A DNA stretch of 64,000 nt from assembly GCF_036321535.1 (NCBI RefSeq), contig NC_087436.1, positions 63,180,001 through 63,244,000 of the forward strand. Reading direction: 5' to 3'. The stretch is from Camelus dromedarius. Taxonomy: Eukaryota. Within the stretch, counting starts at the first letter, position 1, and each line of letters opens with the position of its first letter. The notes under the pieces are model-generated. The model did not search any database, had not been told where the DNA came from, and saw only the letters and a list, made by a program, of their open reading frames with translations. Made by a program: the position numbers and the translations under genes. Shown here in pieces: positions 36,770 through 47,555 of the stretch.

Positions 36770-38370
36770 TTTAAGCTGAGTAGCACTAGAATGAATGGGA
36801 AACTCCTATGGCCACAGACTTAAGGAACCCAAGACTTTCATGGGTTTTATCTTGAGCAACTGCATTGGGTTTTCATAGTAAAAACTTGAGAAAGATCACC
36901 TATGGCTCTGATGTGAGAGAGAACAATAATCACTGTGAAACAGAACAGAGCACACTTCATACAGAAAGGCCTCCTGTCCAGGGATGAAGGCTTTATCAGT
37001 GCCTTATCCTGCCTGGGTGAAAGGCAATTCGCCCCCTCTAGCTTCCACTATCTGTATCACTTAAAGGGGGGAGGAGTCTTTTAAAAACTCTTGCGAAGGT
37101 CACATGCTAGGTACCCTACAAGAATTATATGTAATTATGATTATAGAAAACTTCCCCTCTTCTCCACTGTACTATCAAACCAACAAGGCTCTAGCATGGT
37201 AACAGTGGACCACAGCTGAAAGAACTTTATGAAACATACTTTTCGCAAAAAGAATTTAGAAAAACCCAAAGCCAATAGGGGAGACAAGTGAAAATTACAC
37301 TAGAGTAATCTGAAGCCTCTGGTATATATAACTATGGCAAACACTAAACACAGGTCAAATTCTAGCTAGGTTAACTTAAAATTTTATACTAAAGGCCAGT
37401 GAATTTACTTCAGTTCCTGTTATTCAATATGTCACATACATCTTTCAACAAAAAAACTACAAAACATGCTAAAGGACAAGCAAAATCACAGTCTGAAGAG
37501 ACCAAGCAAGCATCAGAACCAGTTTCATGATACAAATGGTAGAATTTTCAGAGATGAAATTTACAATAACCCTGATTAACATGTCAAGGGCTCTAATGGA
37601 AAAACATGCAAGAACATATGGGATGTAAGGAGAAAGATGGAAATTCTATGAATTGAAAGGAATTATTAAGGAAAAAAGTATCATAAATCAAAGAATGTTT
37701 TTGATGGGCTCATCAATTGATAGAAACTGGTGAAGAAATAATTAGTGAGCATGAATATAGACTGATAGAAACTTACCAAGCTAAACTGAAATTCAACGTG
37801 CAAAAGGAATAATGAAGAAGAAGGAGAAGGAGGAGGGGGAACAGCGAGGAGGCAGAGAAGAGGAAGAAGTAGGAGAAACAGAATGGAACATCTGAGAACT
37901 ACAGGAACATCCAGAACTACTATTTACAGGGCAAATAAAGTGTGTAATACATGCATACTTGGAATATTAGGGGAGAAGACTGAAAGGAGAAGAAATATTT
38001 GAATTAATAATGGCCCAGAAATTTCCAAAATTAAGGACAGAAAACAAACCAGAGACCCATGAAGCTCAGAGAACACCAAGCAAAATAAGCACCAAGGGCA
38101 CACCTAGGCATATCATATTCACGCTGATGAAAACCAGAAAATTTTGAGGAAAAAAAAAAGAAACAACTTAAGAAGTCCATTATAATTCTTGTTATTGTTC
38201 TTCTAATTGGAAACCATGCAAACAAGAAGAAAGTAAAATATTTTAAGTATTAAAGAAAAAACTTCTAATTTTTTCCTATATCTACTAAATTAAACTCTAT
38301 GCTTGGCATAAATAATTTTTTCATCATTTAAGAGAAAATAGACATCTGAACTGAAAAAGAATTACAAACA
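36770..38370 (+). mobile_element. Old L1 (L1MC-like) 5'UTR and ORF1 region
   Basis: cagtctgaagagaccaagcaagcatcagaacca, gatgggctcatcaa, gaagaaatatttgaattaataatggcccagaaatttccaaaatt and gaagctcagagaacaccaagc are ORF1-region motifs. Confidence 0.8.
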
Positions 38371-38946
38371 CGTGAGAGTAAAATTAATTTTTGTTTCCCT
38401 ATTTATTATTTTCCCCTTTTTAATCTGTCCTTTATTAAATGTATGTCTTCCTTTCCTGCTAAGGTAAACTGGAAATCTACTCAAGAAAGAATCTTAATAC
38501 AGCCTTTGGTACACAGTCTTTCAAAACTTCATTGAAGAAAAGTCACCACAAAAAGGAAAAAAAACACTGACTTCTTTATCCTTTGGATAAAAGCGCTATT
38601 CCAGATGTTAGCATCCTGTCCTCCCTCCAAAGAATTGTTGATTTGAACTTTAGCAGTAAATGGCATTCTAATCTTGTTGCCATAGACGTATTAAAGTTTC
38701 TGGCAGGTTACTGCTTTGTGTTAGGTTCTGTCACTGGGGAAAATGTTCTTGTCTTGGGAAGAAAATACCTGCCAGAAGCAGACGGGGGCTTAACATGGTG
38801 TCAGCATCATGAAAGAGTCAACATTTATTCTGCAGTTCACTGTAAGACTAACGAAAATGAAAGGCAAGTCTAACAGAGTGATAGCAAAGGACAGACTAAT
38901 GGAGGCAAAAGGAAAGCTGGGTTCCTGAAATAAATTAATTCCCTTT

Positions 38947-39338
38947 TGTATTTGTTAGAGCTTCTGTAACAAAGCACCACAAACTAGATGGCTTAAACAA
39001 CAGTAATTTATTGTCTAACAATTCTGGAGTCCAAGATCAAGATGACAGCAGGTTTGTTCCTTCTTAGAGCTGTGTAACAATCTGTTTCAGGCCTCTCTCC
39101 TTGGCTTGTAGATGGCCATCTTTTCCTTACGCCTTCCTATTGTCTTCCTTCTGTGTCCAAAATTCCCCTCCTTATAAGGACACCAGTCGTATTATATGTG
39201 GGCCCACCCTAACAAACTCACTTTAGATTAGTTACCTCTGTAAAAACCCTATCTCCAAATAATGCCACATTTTTTGAGGACCCAGGGGTTATGCATTCAA
39301 CATAGAAATTTGGTGGAAACATGACTCAATACATAGCA
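38947..39338 (-). mobile_element. MaLR solo LTR (MLT1B/C-like)
   Basis: tgta...gtaacaaagcaccacaaactagatggcttaaacaacag...cttataaggacaccagtcgtatt...ccctatctccaaataa...catagca; cttt on both flanks. Confidence 0.88.
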
Positions 39339-39759
39339 CTTTGAAACACTGAGAGGTAGTTATTTTACCCAAAGTTTGCTCAGGCTACAGTTTCAACTGG
39401 TCACTCTTACCAATATATTCACATTATATATGTGATTTATGTAATTAGCCAAGAAAATTACAATGAATAATTTATTAAATGTATGTGAAAAGAAAAATAT
39501 TGGTTAAAATGGTAACCCTATTTTGGTTCATGGGACATATGGAAGCACTTATGATTTTGGATTTAAAGGCAAATCTTGCCCTAAATCTGAAGTTCAGTCC
39601 ACTCTCACCAGGACAGTATTTTTTTTTTTTTTTTTGCAGTGTATTAGGCTACAAACACATATACAGCTATTAGGTTTGTTTTGAAACAATTACAAAAAGT
39701 AATGTAATTCTAACTGACTTCTGTGTATCATAAGGATCATCTTGTTTAATATTGTAATA

Positions 39760-41280
39760 AAGGACTCTTACTTTTGGGATAATAACATAAAAATAGAACT
39801 GGGTTTCCCTCCTTCCTGAAAAAACAAAAAAAAAGAATCAGTTATGGACAAATGAAAAAAATGTTTCTCAGGACACTGAAGCAATCAATGTAGAATATCT
39901 TTCCCTTGAGAAACAGATCACGTGAAAAGATATTCAACATTATTACTTATTGGGAAATTGAAAATCAAAATCACAATATCATTTCACATCTACTAGGATG
40001 GCATAAATCACAAAGATAATAACAAGTGTTGACAAGGATATAGAAAAACTAGAACTCTCAAGCATTGCTGATGGAAATGTAAAATGCTGCAGTCACTTTG
40101 GAAAAGAGTTTGGCAGTTCCCCAAATGTTAAACATAGAGTTATTATACTACCCAGCAATTCTGCTCCTAGCTCTCTACCAAGAAATGAAAACATATGTCC
40201 ACATAAAAACTTGCACCAAATATTCATAGCAGCATTGATAAACCAAAATTTAGAATAGCCAAATCCATTCTACTGATGAAACAAAGAAAATTGGTACATT
40301 CCTGTAGTGAAATATTTAGTAGTAACAAAGAATGAATTATTGATTCATATTACAACATAGATAAACATAGATAAACCTTGAAAAATTATGCTGAATGAAG
40401 TAACCTAGTAATAAAATATAATTTTATTTACAATCCAGTTAAATCAAATGTCCAGAATAGGAAAATCTAAGGACGGCAGATTAGTAACTTCCTAGGACTG
40501 AAGAGGATGAGGTTAGTAAACAATTCTAACATATATATGAAGTTTCTTTCTAGAGAGGGAAAAAAACGCTTAATTTAAAAATTAAACCCATATTTACCAT
40601 GTAACTCAGCAATTGCACTTCTGGAATGTTTATTTTAGAGAAATAAAAACTCCTGTCAACACAAAACTTTCTACACAACTGTTCACAGAGGCTTTATATG
40701 TAATAGCCCAGAAATAGAAACAGCCATGCCCCTCAGTACTGGAATGGTTAAATCAACTATTGTACAGCTATACTGTAACATACTACTTAGCAATAAACAG
40801 GATTGAACTAATGATACACACAAACTTGAATGGATCTCAAGGGCATTATGATGAGTGAAAAAAGACAATCTAGAAAGGTTGCATACTGCATATAATATTC
40901 TTAAAATGACAGAATTATATAAATGGAGAGCAGATTTGCGGTTGGCAAGGGTTACCAATGGTGGGAGTAGGGGATGCGTGTGACCATAAATGAGGATGGA
41001 GGGAGATCTTTGTGGTGAAATAGTTCTGTATCTTGATTGTGGTAGTGGTTACATGAGTCTACACATACGATAAAATGACACAGAACTATACACACACATT
41101 AGACCAATGTCAGATTCTTTTTGATACTGTACCAAATATAAGATGCAACTATCGGGGGACACTAGGTGAAAACTAGGTCAAAGGTACATGGGACCTCTCT
41201 GTAGATGGGACTATCTTTGAAATTTTCTGTGAATATACAATTATTTCAAAATTAAAAACTAAATAAACAAACAAAAAAAC
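39760..41280 (+). mobile_element. Stacked old L1 pieces: short 5'-end-like segment, L1MB-like ORF2 end/3'UTR (~39918-40560) and a second L1MB-like 3' end (~40570-41280)
   Basis: gaaaagatattcaacattatt, cccagcaattctgctcctag, ggatctcaagggcattatg, aaggtacatgggacctctctgta; ends ttatttcaaaattaaaaac. Confidence 0.85.
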
Positions 41281-41289
41281 CCCCACACT

Positions 41290-41505
41290 TTCATTCCAGT
41301 GAGAACTTTCCCAGGTAGATGCTGACCGTTCTGCTCTGGCAGAAGGGTCACATGGAGCGTATCTGAGCTCAGCCCATAATGAGGAGTCAAGTCCAGTCCA
41401 GCTGACTCACAGAAGCATAAAAGAAAATAAATGACTGCTGTTTAAAGTCACTGAGCTTTGGAGTGGTTGTTTTGCAGCACTAGTGTGACAATAGCAAACC
41501 AACAT
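41290..41505 (+). mobile_element. MaLR LTR 3' part (MLT1K/L-like)
   Basis: aaataaatgactgctgtttaaagtcactgagctttggagtggttgttttgcagca. Confidence 0.7.
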
Positions 41506-41567
41506 ATGCCTACTTGCCTTGCCTCCTCTCTACAGCCCTGAAAGGATGGATATTTGTCATTGGAGAC

Positions 41568-41995
41568 TGTGGCAGAAATGGCTAGTTGTCTTCCAACATC
41601 TATTCTATCCTTCTATTACCCCAGAGTAATAATATCTCTGATTTTTATCTAGCCATATGGCTATCTGAATTAAGACTACATTTCCACCAGCCTCCCTTGT
41701 AATTAGGTGTGGCCATGTGACTAAATTCTGACAAATAGGATATAAAAGAAAGTGTCATGTGACACAGATTTGGAATGCAGAAGTAATGGCTGGAGCTCAA
41801 TCAACCCTCTTGGATGTGAGGTGGAAGCTATATTTTGAGAATGGCAAGGCAACAGAATAGAAGGAATTAGACTTCCTGTTGATCATGGAGATGCTATACC
41901 AGTTCACAACTGCTTGTATCTGAATTTCCTTTATTTGAAAGTGATAGAAACTTTTATCTTATGTTATATGTCACTCACAACAGAACTCAGTCTTT
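41568..41995 (+). mobile_element. MaLR solo LTR (MLT1J-like)
   Basis: Starts tgtggcaga; contains aagactacatttccaccagcctcccttgtaattaggtgtggccatgtgactaaattctg and tggctggagctc. Confidence 0.82.
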
Positions 41996-42084
41996 ATTGA
42001 GTGGCTTCTTATCTGGGCTACCTGTTTTCATGAGCTTATCCAGTCAAATCAACCATGCTAAGCACCATATGAGTCATAGCCTTA

Positions 42085-42187
42085 AATAAGCATTTACTAA
42101 GCACTTACTATGTGTCAGGCAATGGGGTAATGCTGAGGAAACAGTAAGGAGCAAAGCGGATATGCCCCCTGTCCTCAAGGACTTTAA
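42085..42187 (-). mobile_element. LINE-2 3' terminus
   Basis: aagcatttactaagcacttactatgtgtcaggca...cctgtcctcaaggacttta. Confidence 0.75.
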
Positions 42188-42189
42188 AA

Positions 42190-42281
42190 AAAAGAGAGAA
42201 AGAAAATGTTAAAAACAGCTAGAACAAAATAAACATAACCCATACAGAAAAGCAGAAAGAAAGATGAAAGCAGATGTCTTG

Positions 42282-42318
<37 letters not shown>

Positions 42319-43190
42319 CCAGAAGACAGTGGAGAAACATCTTTAAAATATTTAAAAAAGAAAAAACTGCCAACCCAAAATTCTTTAGCCAACAAGAATA
42401 TCTTCCAAAAATAAAGGCTTTTAAAGAGATACAAAATGCCAAATATGCCAAGTGAATTAGTAGCCAGCTTCTATGCATGACAAGAATATTAAAGGAAGTC
42501 TCTGAAGCAAAAGAACAACCATACTAATGGAAACCTAGATGGACACAAAGTAATAAAAAGCACTGAAACTGGTACTTTCTACTTAAAAAATAAATTTTTA
42601 AATCTATTCAAAATATAAGTGTTTAAACGAACAGCAATGTATTGTGGATTTTTACAACAGAGAGAGAAATAAAATCTATGACAATGGCATAAGTCCATGA
42701 GGGGAGAAACAGAAACATATATTGCTCTAATAATGTCCTTATACTATATGTGAGGTAGCACAGTATCAATTAAAAGTAGACTGTGATGATTTTAAAATGT
42801 TATAAACCTTAAGTCAACATAAAGATTTACAACCCTAAAGATGCAGAGCTAATAAGCAGGGATAAAATGGAATCATAAATAATATTCAAATAATCCCAAA
42901 TGAGTCAGAATGAGGGAAAATGTAAAAAAAGAATAGCTGGTACGCATGAAAAACAAATAGCAAGATGGTAGACTTAAACCAAACTGTATCAATAATCACA
43001 TTAAATGTAAATAGTTAAATCTATTAAATAAATCACAAATTATCAGGAATTAAGAGCAAGACTCCACTACATGCTACCTATAAGAAATATACTTCAAGTA
43101 TAACGATGCAAACAGATTAAAAGCAAAATGATGGAGAAAAATATACTAGGCTGAGGAAGACATAATTAATCAAAATAAAATTGAAAGACT
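42190..43190 (+). mobile_element. Old L1 ORF1 end, spacer and ORF2 start
   Basis: ORF track QARRQWRNIFKIFKKEKTANPK; aaacaaatagcaagatggtagacttaaacc...atcaataatcacattaaatgtaaat (ORF2 start). Confidence 0.82.
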
Positions 43191-45990
43191 TCCAGATTCA
43201 GTTCAGAATTGTAGAGGGACACATATAAGTATCCCCCTTACCATTACAACAAGGCAAACGCTTGACAAAATTCAAATCAACCACTCCCCTTAAACCCGCT
43301 ACAGAACAGAAATTGCAGAACAAACGAGTGACCCAGAATCTGCAGAAACACAGGCCCTTGAAAGAACAATACTCCAGCATTTGCTTACCTGGGGCAGATG
43401 CAGTAGAACAAAGTATCAACTAGTAAAAGGGTACACTGCAACATTTTAAAGAACATCTAGAAGTCAAGTGTGGGCAAGAGTGAAAGTGTGAAACCCTTGG
43501 AAGTGACAAATACAGGGAAGTAGAGTCATACCTTTTGCAGACCTGTCCTCCACAGACCCCACCGGGTGCTCACAGAAGACTGAGGAAAATCCAGAAGCAG
43601 CTTCTCCTGTCGTGGGGGAGGGGACCACCGGCTGCTGACGGGATTTGCAGAGAAGGTTCTCCATCATCTTTCTTTCAGATAACAAACTGTAATCTGTAGG
43701 GGGGAAAGCAATAAAAACTGTTACCTGGGGCCTTTAGAATATTGGAGGAAACCCAAGTTAGCGGGGCAGAGTACTAAACAAAATTAAAACCCAGCACTGT
43801 TCTTAAAAGAAGATGCCAGAATACATATTCGGCCCAGTACTCCAGCTCCAAGAAGGCAAGTAGCATATATGAAGTCTCAGGGACAGAGTTCAAGCCAAGA
43901 CTGAGGGTAAATCTGAACCAAGATCACCCCCACCCTACGTGCCACCCGGGCTGATAAGCACCGAGGAAAGGCAGTGATAGAATACAGCTGGGAGAACTGC
44001 GAGAGAACGAGTCTCTCCAGGCCAGAGCACAGAAAAGACGCTCACGGCCAAGAAGGGAGCAGATACTGAGGAAATAAACCAAAACCTCTGCAAATTGGCC
44101 CACATCCCAAAGCCACGGTTACAGTGGAATTTGATGGCTATGGTGCAATGAGAGTAACCACAGCCACAAGGGGCCTGGAACCCGGCTCAGCCCCTGACCA
44201 GATTTTCAGAAGCACCCCCTCCCCCCCACCCCCACTCCCACCCCCACTTCACAGGCCTGGCAGAACGAAAGGAGTTCAATTTTACAAGCAAAACAAAATA
44301 TTTAACTCAGGTCTCCTGTCACACACAACAACATTTCAGCCTTCCGATAAGAAATTACGAGACATACAGAAGGGCGAGGAAGAACAAATTCTGCAGAGAC
44401 AAAGTAATCATGAGAACCAGCCTTCGATATGAGACAGATGGTAAAAACAACCAAGCAATTTGCCCCAGTTGACATTTATAGAACATTCTAATCTACAAGA
44501 GCAAAACACATTGTGAGCCCATGAAAAGGTGTTCAACATCATTAATTACTAGAGAAATGAAAAATAAAACCATAAGAAACGGCATTACATACCTCCTCAG
44601 TGATGAATCTGACTGACGTCACCAAAAGCAGGTGAGCGTATGGATCACCCATAAACTCTCCTATCTTGGCCTATTACTCTGGAGAAAATTCTGGCAATAT
44701 CTCATGTAACTAAACATAATTTATCCAGTTGGTAGGCAGTCGGTCAGCCTTGAGCGTTCAGGCCCAGGAGGACAATGTCCGAAGGACTCCAAAGAGACTC
44801 AGTCCTGCTCGTGGCTGGTAACACCTAAGGAACGACAACCCTCAGAGAAGCGACTAAACACCACAGCGGGAAAGTCCCCTGGCTGAGCATGCGCAAAGCC
44901 CCGACCCGTGCCCTCAAACGGCCCTCCCCTCCTAAATATTTATTATCTCCTGTTACATATTCCGCACATACATTAATCTCGTTAAAACAGAGTGAATTCT
45001 GGGAAGAGCATGCGCAGTTCGGATACCCGCTACGTAAGTCTCGGCTGGCAACCAAATGACGCGGCTCCCCGGGGCAAACCCGACGCTTAAAAAGCTAAGG
45101 TACTCTGCTTTTCGGGCCGTTGCCTCCCTTGCCTTGGTCCACCTCTGTCTTGAAATGTATTTCCTTTCAAAATAAATTTGTGTAATACTCTGCTACTGTC
45201 GTGGCTTCTCAATTCTTTGTTGCACGAAAGAACGGAGGTCAAGGGCGGCCCTGTCGTCTCCCACGGTAACACAATAATCCTGTAATTCCATTACTAGGTA
45301 TTTAACCCCCCAAATAAAAATATATGTAAGGGAAAAAAAACACATTAAAATGTTGCAAAGCTGTTTTATACATGATTAAAAACTGGAAAGAGCTGAGTCC
45401 ACTAACAGGTGACTGTATTAAATGAAATGCTGAATACCATACAAAGCGCTGCTGCTCACCGCTAAAAAGATGTCATACTATTTGACTTATTTAAAGTTAT
45501 GAAACAGACCCAAGTAACATGTGGTCTAAAAATATCAAAATGATAATTGCCTCATGTCGCAGGCGTAAGTTGAGTGTACTGGGCATGGCCAAACTTTTTG
45601 GGATGATAATTATAGTCTTATCTTGACTTGGTTTACAAGAGTGTGTGCATTTGTAAAAACTCAGAAAGCATACGCTAAACTTCGTGAGATTCAATACACA
45701 CAAATTGTAAGTTTGACATCAGGGGAAAAAAAGGCATATAAATACTGAATTCTATCTAAGACCTGCATGCTGAAATATTTAGAAATGTTCTGATGTCTCT
45801 GATTTAGTTTGAAAATCATCAAAAAATAAGATTGATGAATGAACAGAGGATGGATAAAGGAAAGGATTTATGATGAAGCAAGAATATGAAAAGATTCGTG
45901 GTATAATCTAGAGGCGTGTATTTGAGTTTCCACTAGACATTTTTTCAACTTTGATACATGTTGTAAAGTACCCATAGTAAAAACTGAAAA
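43190..45990 (+). mobile_element. Old L1, 5'UTR (~43190-44440) fused via deletions to ORF2 end/3'UTR, interrupted by a young LTR
   Basis: The 5' part is homologous to 17905-18480; catgaaaaggtgttcaacatcattaatt at ~44520; 3'UTR motifs run to ~45990. Confidence 0.72.
44728..45271 (+). mobile_element. Young CpG-rich ERV solo LTR (probably ERV1, lineage-specific)
   Basis: About 544 bp, gttggtagg...cggtaaca; TATA-like cttaaaag at ~45086, AATAAA at 45171-45176, many intact CpGs; interrupts a contiguous L1 motif (aaacataatttatcca / caataatcctgtaattcc). Confidence 0.88.
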
Positions 45991-46117
45991 AAGCTGAGTT
46001 TGACCACTATATCCAGCCACTGCAGGCCTCTAACTGAAATACTGCAAATGGAGGAAGCATAAATTTTAAAGTTTAGAGTCCTCACTATTACACGAGAATG
46101 GATACTCTAAAAACCAT

Positions 46118-46600
46118 TGGCGGAGAAAACATTTTTTCTTTCTTCTATCTTTCTAGGTTCTCGCTGAGGGTCTATAATGAAAGACAGATTCCCAAGAGAA
46201 AAGTATAGGGGTTTATTTACTAGTCCATGTGGGAACTTTTTAAAGAAGAAAATGAAGACCGGAAGAAGCTGTTAAATCTGAGTATTTTAATGCTACATTT
46301 GATGAAGGGTGTGGTCGTGGAAAAATGTGGTAGGACAAAAGAACATGAGCTACGGGTGATAAACCGGGGGAACTTAGCAAGTTCTGTTCATTTTCATTCC
46401 TTCCTGCATTCCTCAGTCCTCTGAAAGAAGGACTCTCCTTTCCTCTGGCTGTGGGGCAGGCACCTCTCATGACCTACTCTGGGGAGAAGGGGATGTCAGA
46501 GACTCCTTCCTGCACCTGCCATTTCTCAAATTTCTTCACCTTAAGGTATTCAATATGCCAATGTGCCATAATTTGGAGTAGCATGTCCTGAACCCTGTCA
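46118..46600 (-). mobile_element. ERV1 solo LTR, MER34B-like
   Basis: Minus strand starts tgacagggttcaggacatgctactccaaattatggcacattggcatattgaa (MER34-type start). Confidence 0.8.
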
Positions 46601-46959
46601 TACAAAAATAAGACCTAATTGTGACTAAAGTAACTAGAGAACATTTTATAACCTTGAGAGAGTGAGCAGAAAACTCATAGATCCTTCCCCAGATACCATC
46701 CAAGAGTCAGGGAGGAACTGGCCAAACATAATAGGTTTAAAAGGACTGTTATGGGAGGAATAAAGTTACTTTATCATTACAGTCTATTGTATTTTCCTTT
46801 TCAACATAATAGTTCCATACAGATTTTCCTGGCAAGGCTAAATGCCCAGTTTTGATTAACATTATACAGTTCTAGAGTCTCCAGTCTATGCAGAGGTGTG
46901 ATTTTTCTCACCAGTGGGATGAATTATTTTGTAGTGTTTAAAAAAATAGACATTGCAGC

Positions 46960-47555
46960 CAAACTACCTAGAATTTTTATGCTGGCCCTACATTTATTAA
47001 CTGCTGAACAAAATTACTTAACCTCACAGAGCAAGTCACATCTGTAAAATGGAGATAATAATAGTACACATCACATAGGGTTTGTTGATACTTAAATTGG
47101 CACCCATACATGAGTGCAAAGGGGGACCAAAGAGAGAGGGCAGACCACTCCAATTTGTGGGTGGTGGGTTTAATAAGCAGGGGAACTTACAGAGGAGGCT
47201 TGTCTTGGACAGCTGCAAGAAAAGTAGATCTCTGCACCTACATACCAGAATCTTAAAAGTTTATATAGAGACCTTAACTGGGTTCCGTCATGTATTCAGT
47301 CCAGATGCACTCAATGACCCATTCTCTCTCAAGGCTACATCCTTGGAAATGGCTATAGCTGTGGGAACAGTGGACAGAACTTACATTATAAGGACAGGGA
47401 AGGAGGTGAGGAGCCTCCATTGTCTGGCAGCAACTCGCAGGTCAACAGGAGGTCAGGTCCTCGTGAGGACCTCATCCAATGGGTTACAGTTAGAATTAAG
47501 TAAGTTTATGACTAAATCATCTAGGGCAGTGCAATATAAATACTGGCAATTATAA
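46960..47555 (+). mobile_element. MIR split by an LTR insertion (pieces ~46960-47082 and ~47481-47555)
   Basis: ttacttaacctc...catctgtaaaatggagataataatagtacacatcacatagggtt resumes as gggttacagttagaattaagtaag. Confidence 0.8.
47083..47480 (-). mobile_element. Solo LTR (~400 bp, family unassigned) with gggtt target duplication
   Basis: gggtt at 47078-82 and 47481-85; left end tgttga; minus-strand TATA (tatataaac) upstream of ATTAAA. Confidence 0.8.

Noticed and set aside
47082..47555. 157 aa ORF
   Set aside because: Spans a solo LTR and MIR, starts at TTG and has no recognisable domain; chance open frame.
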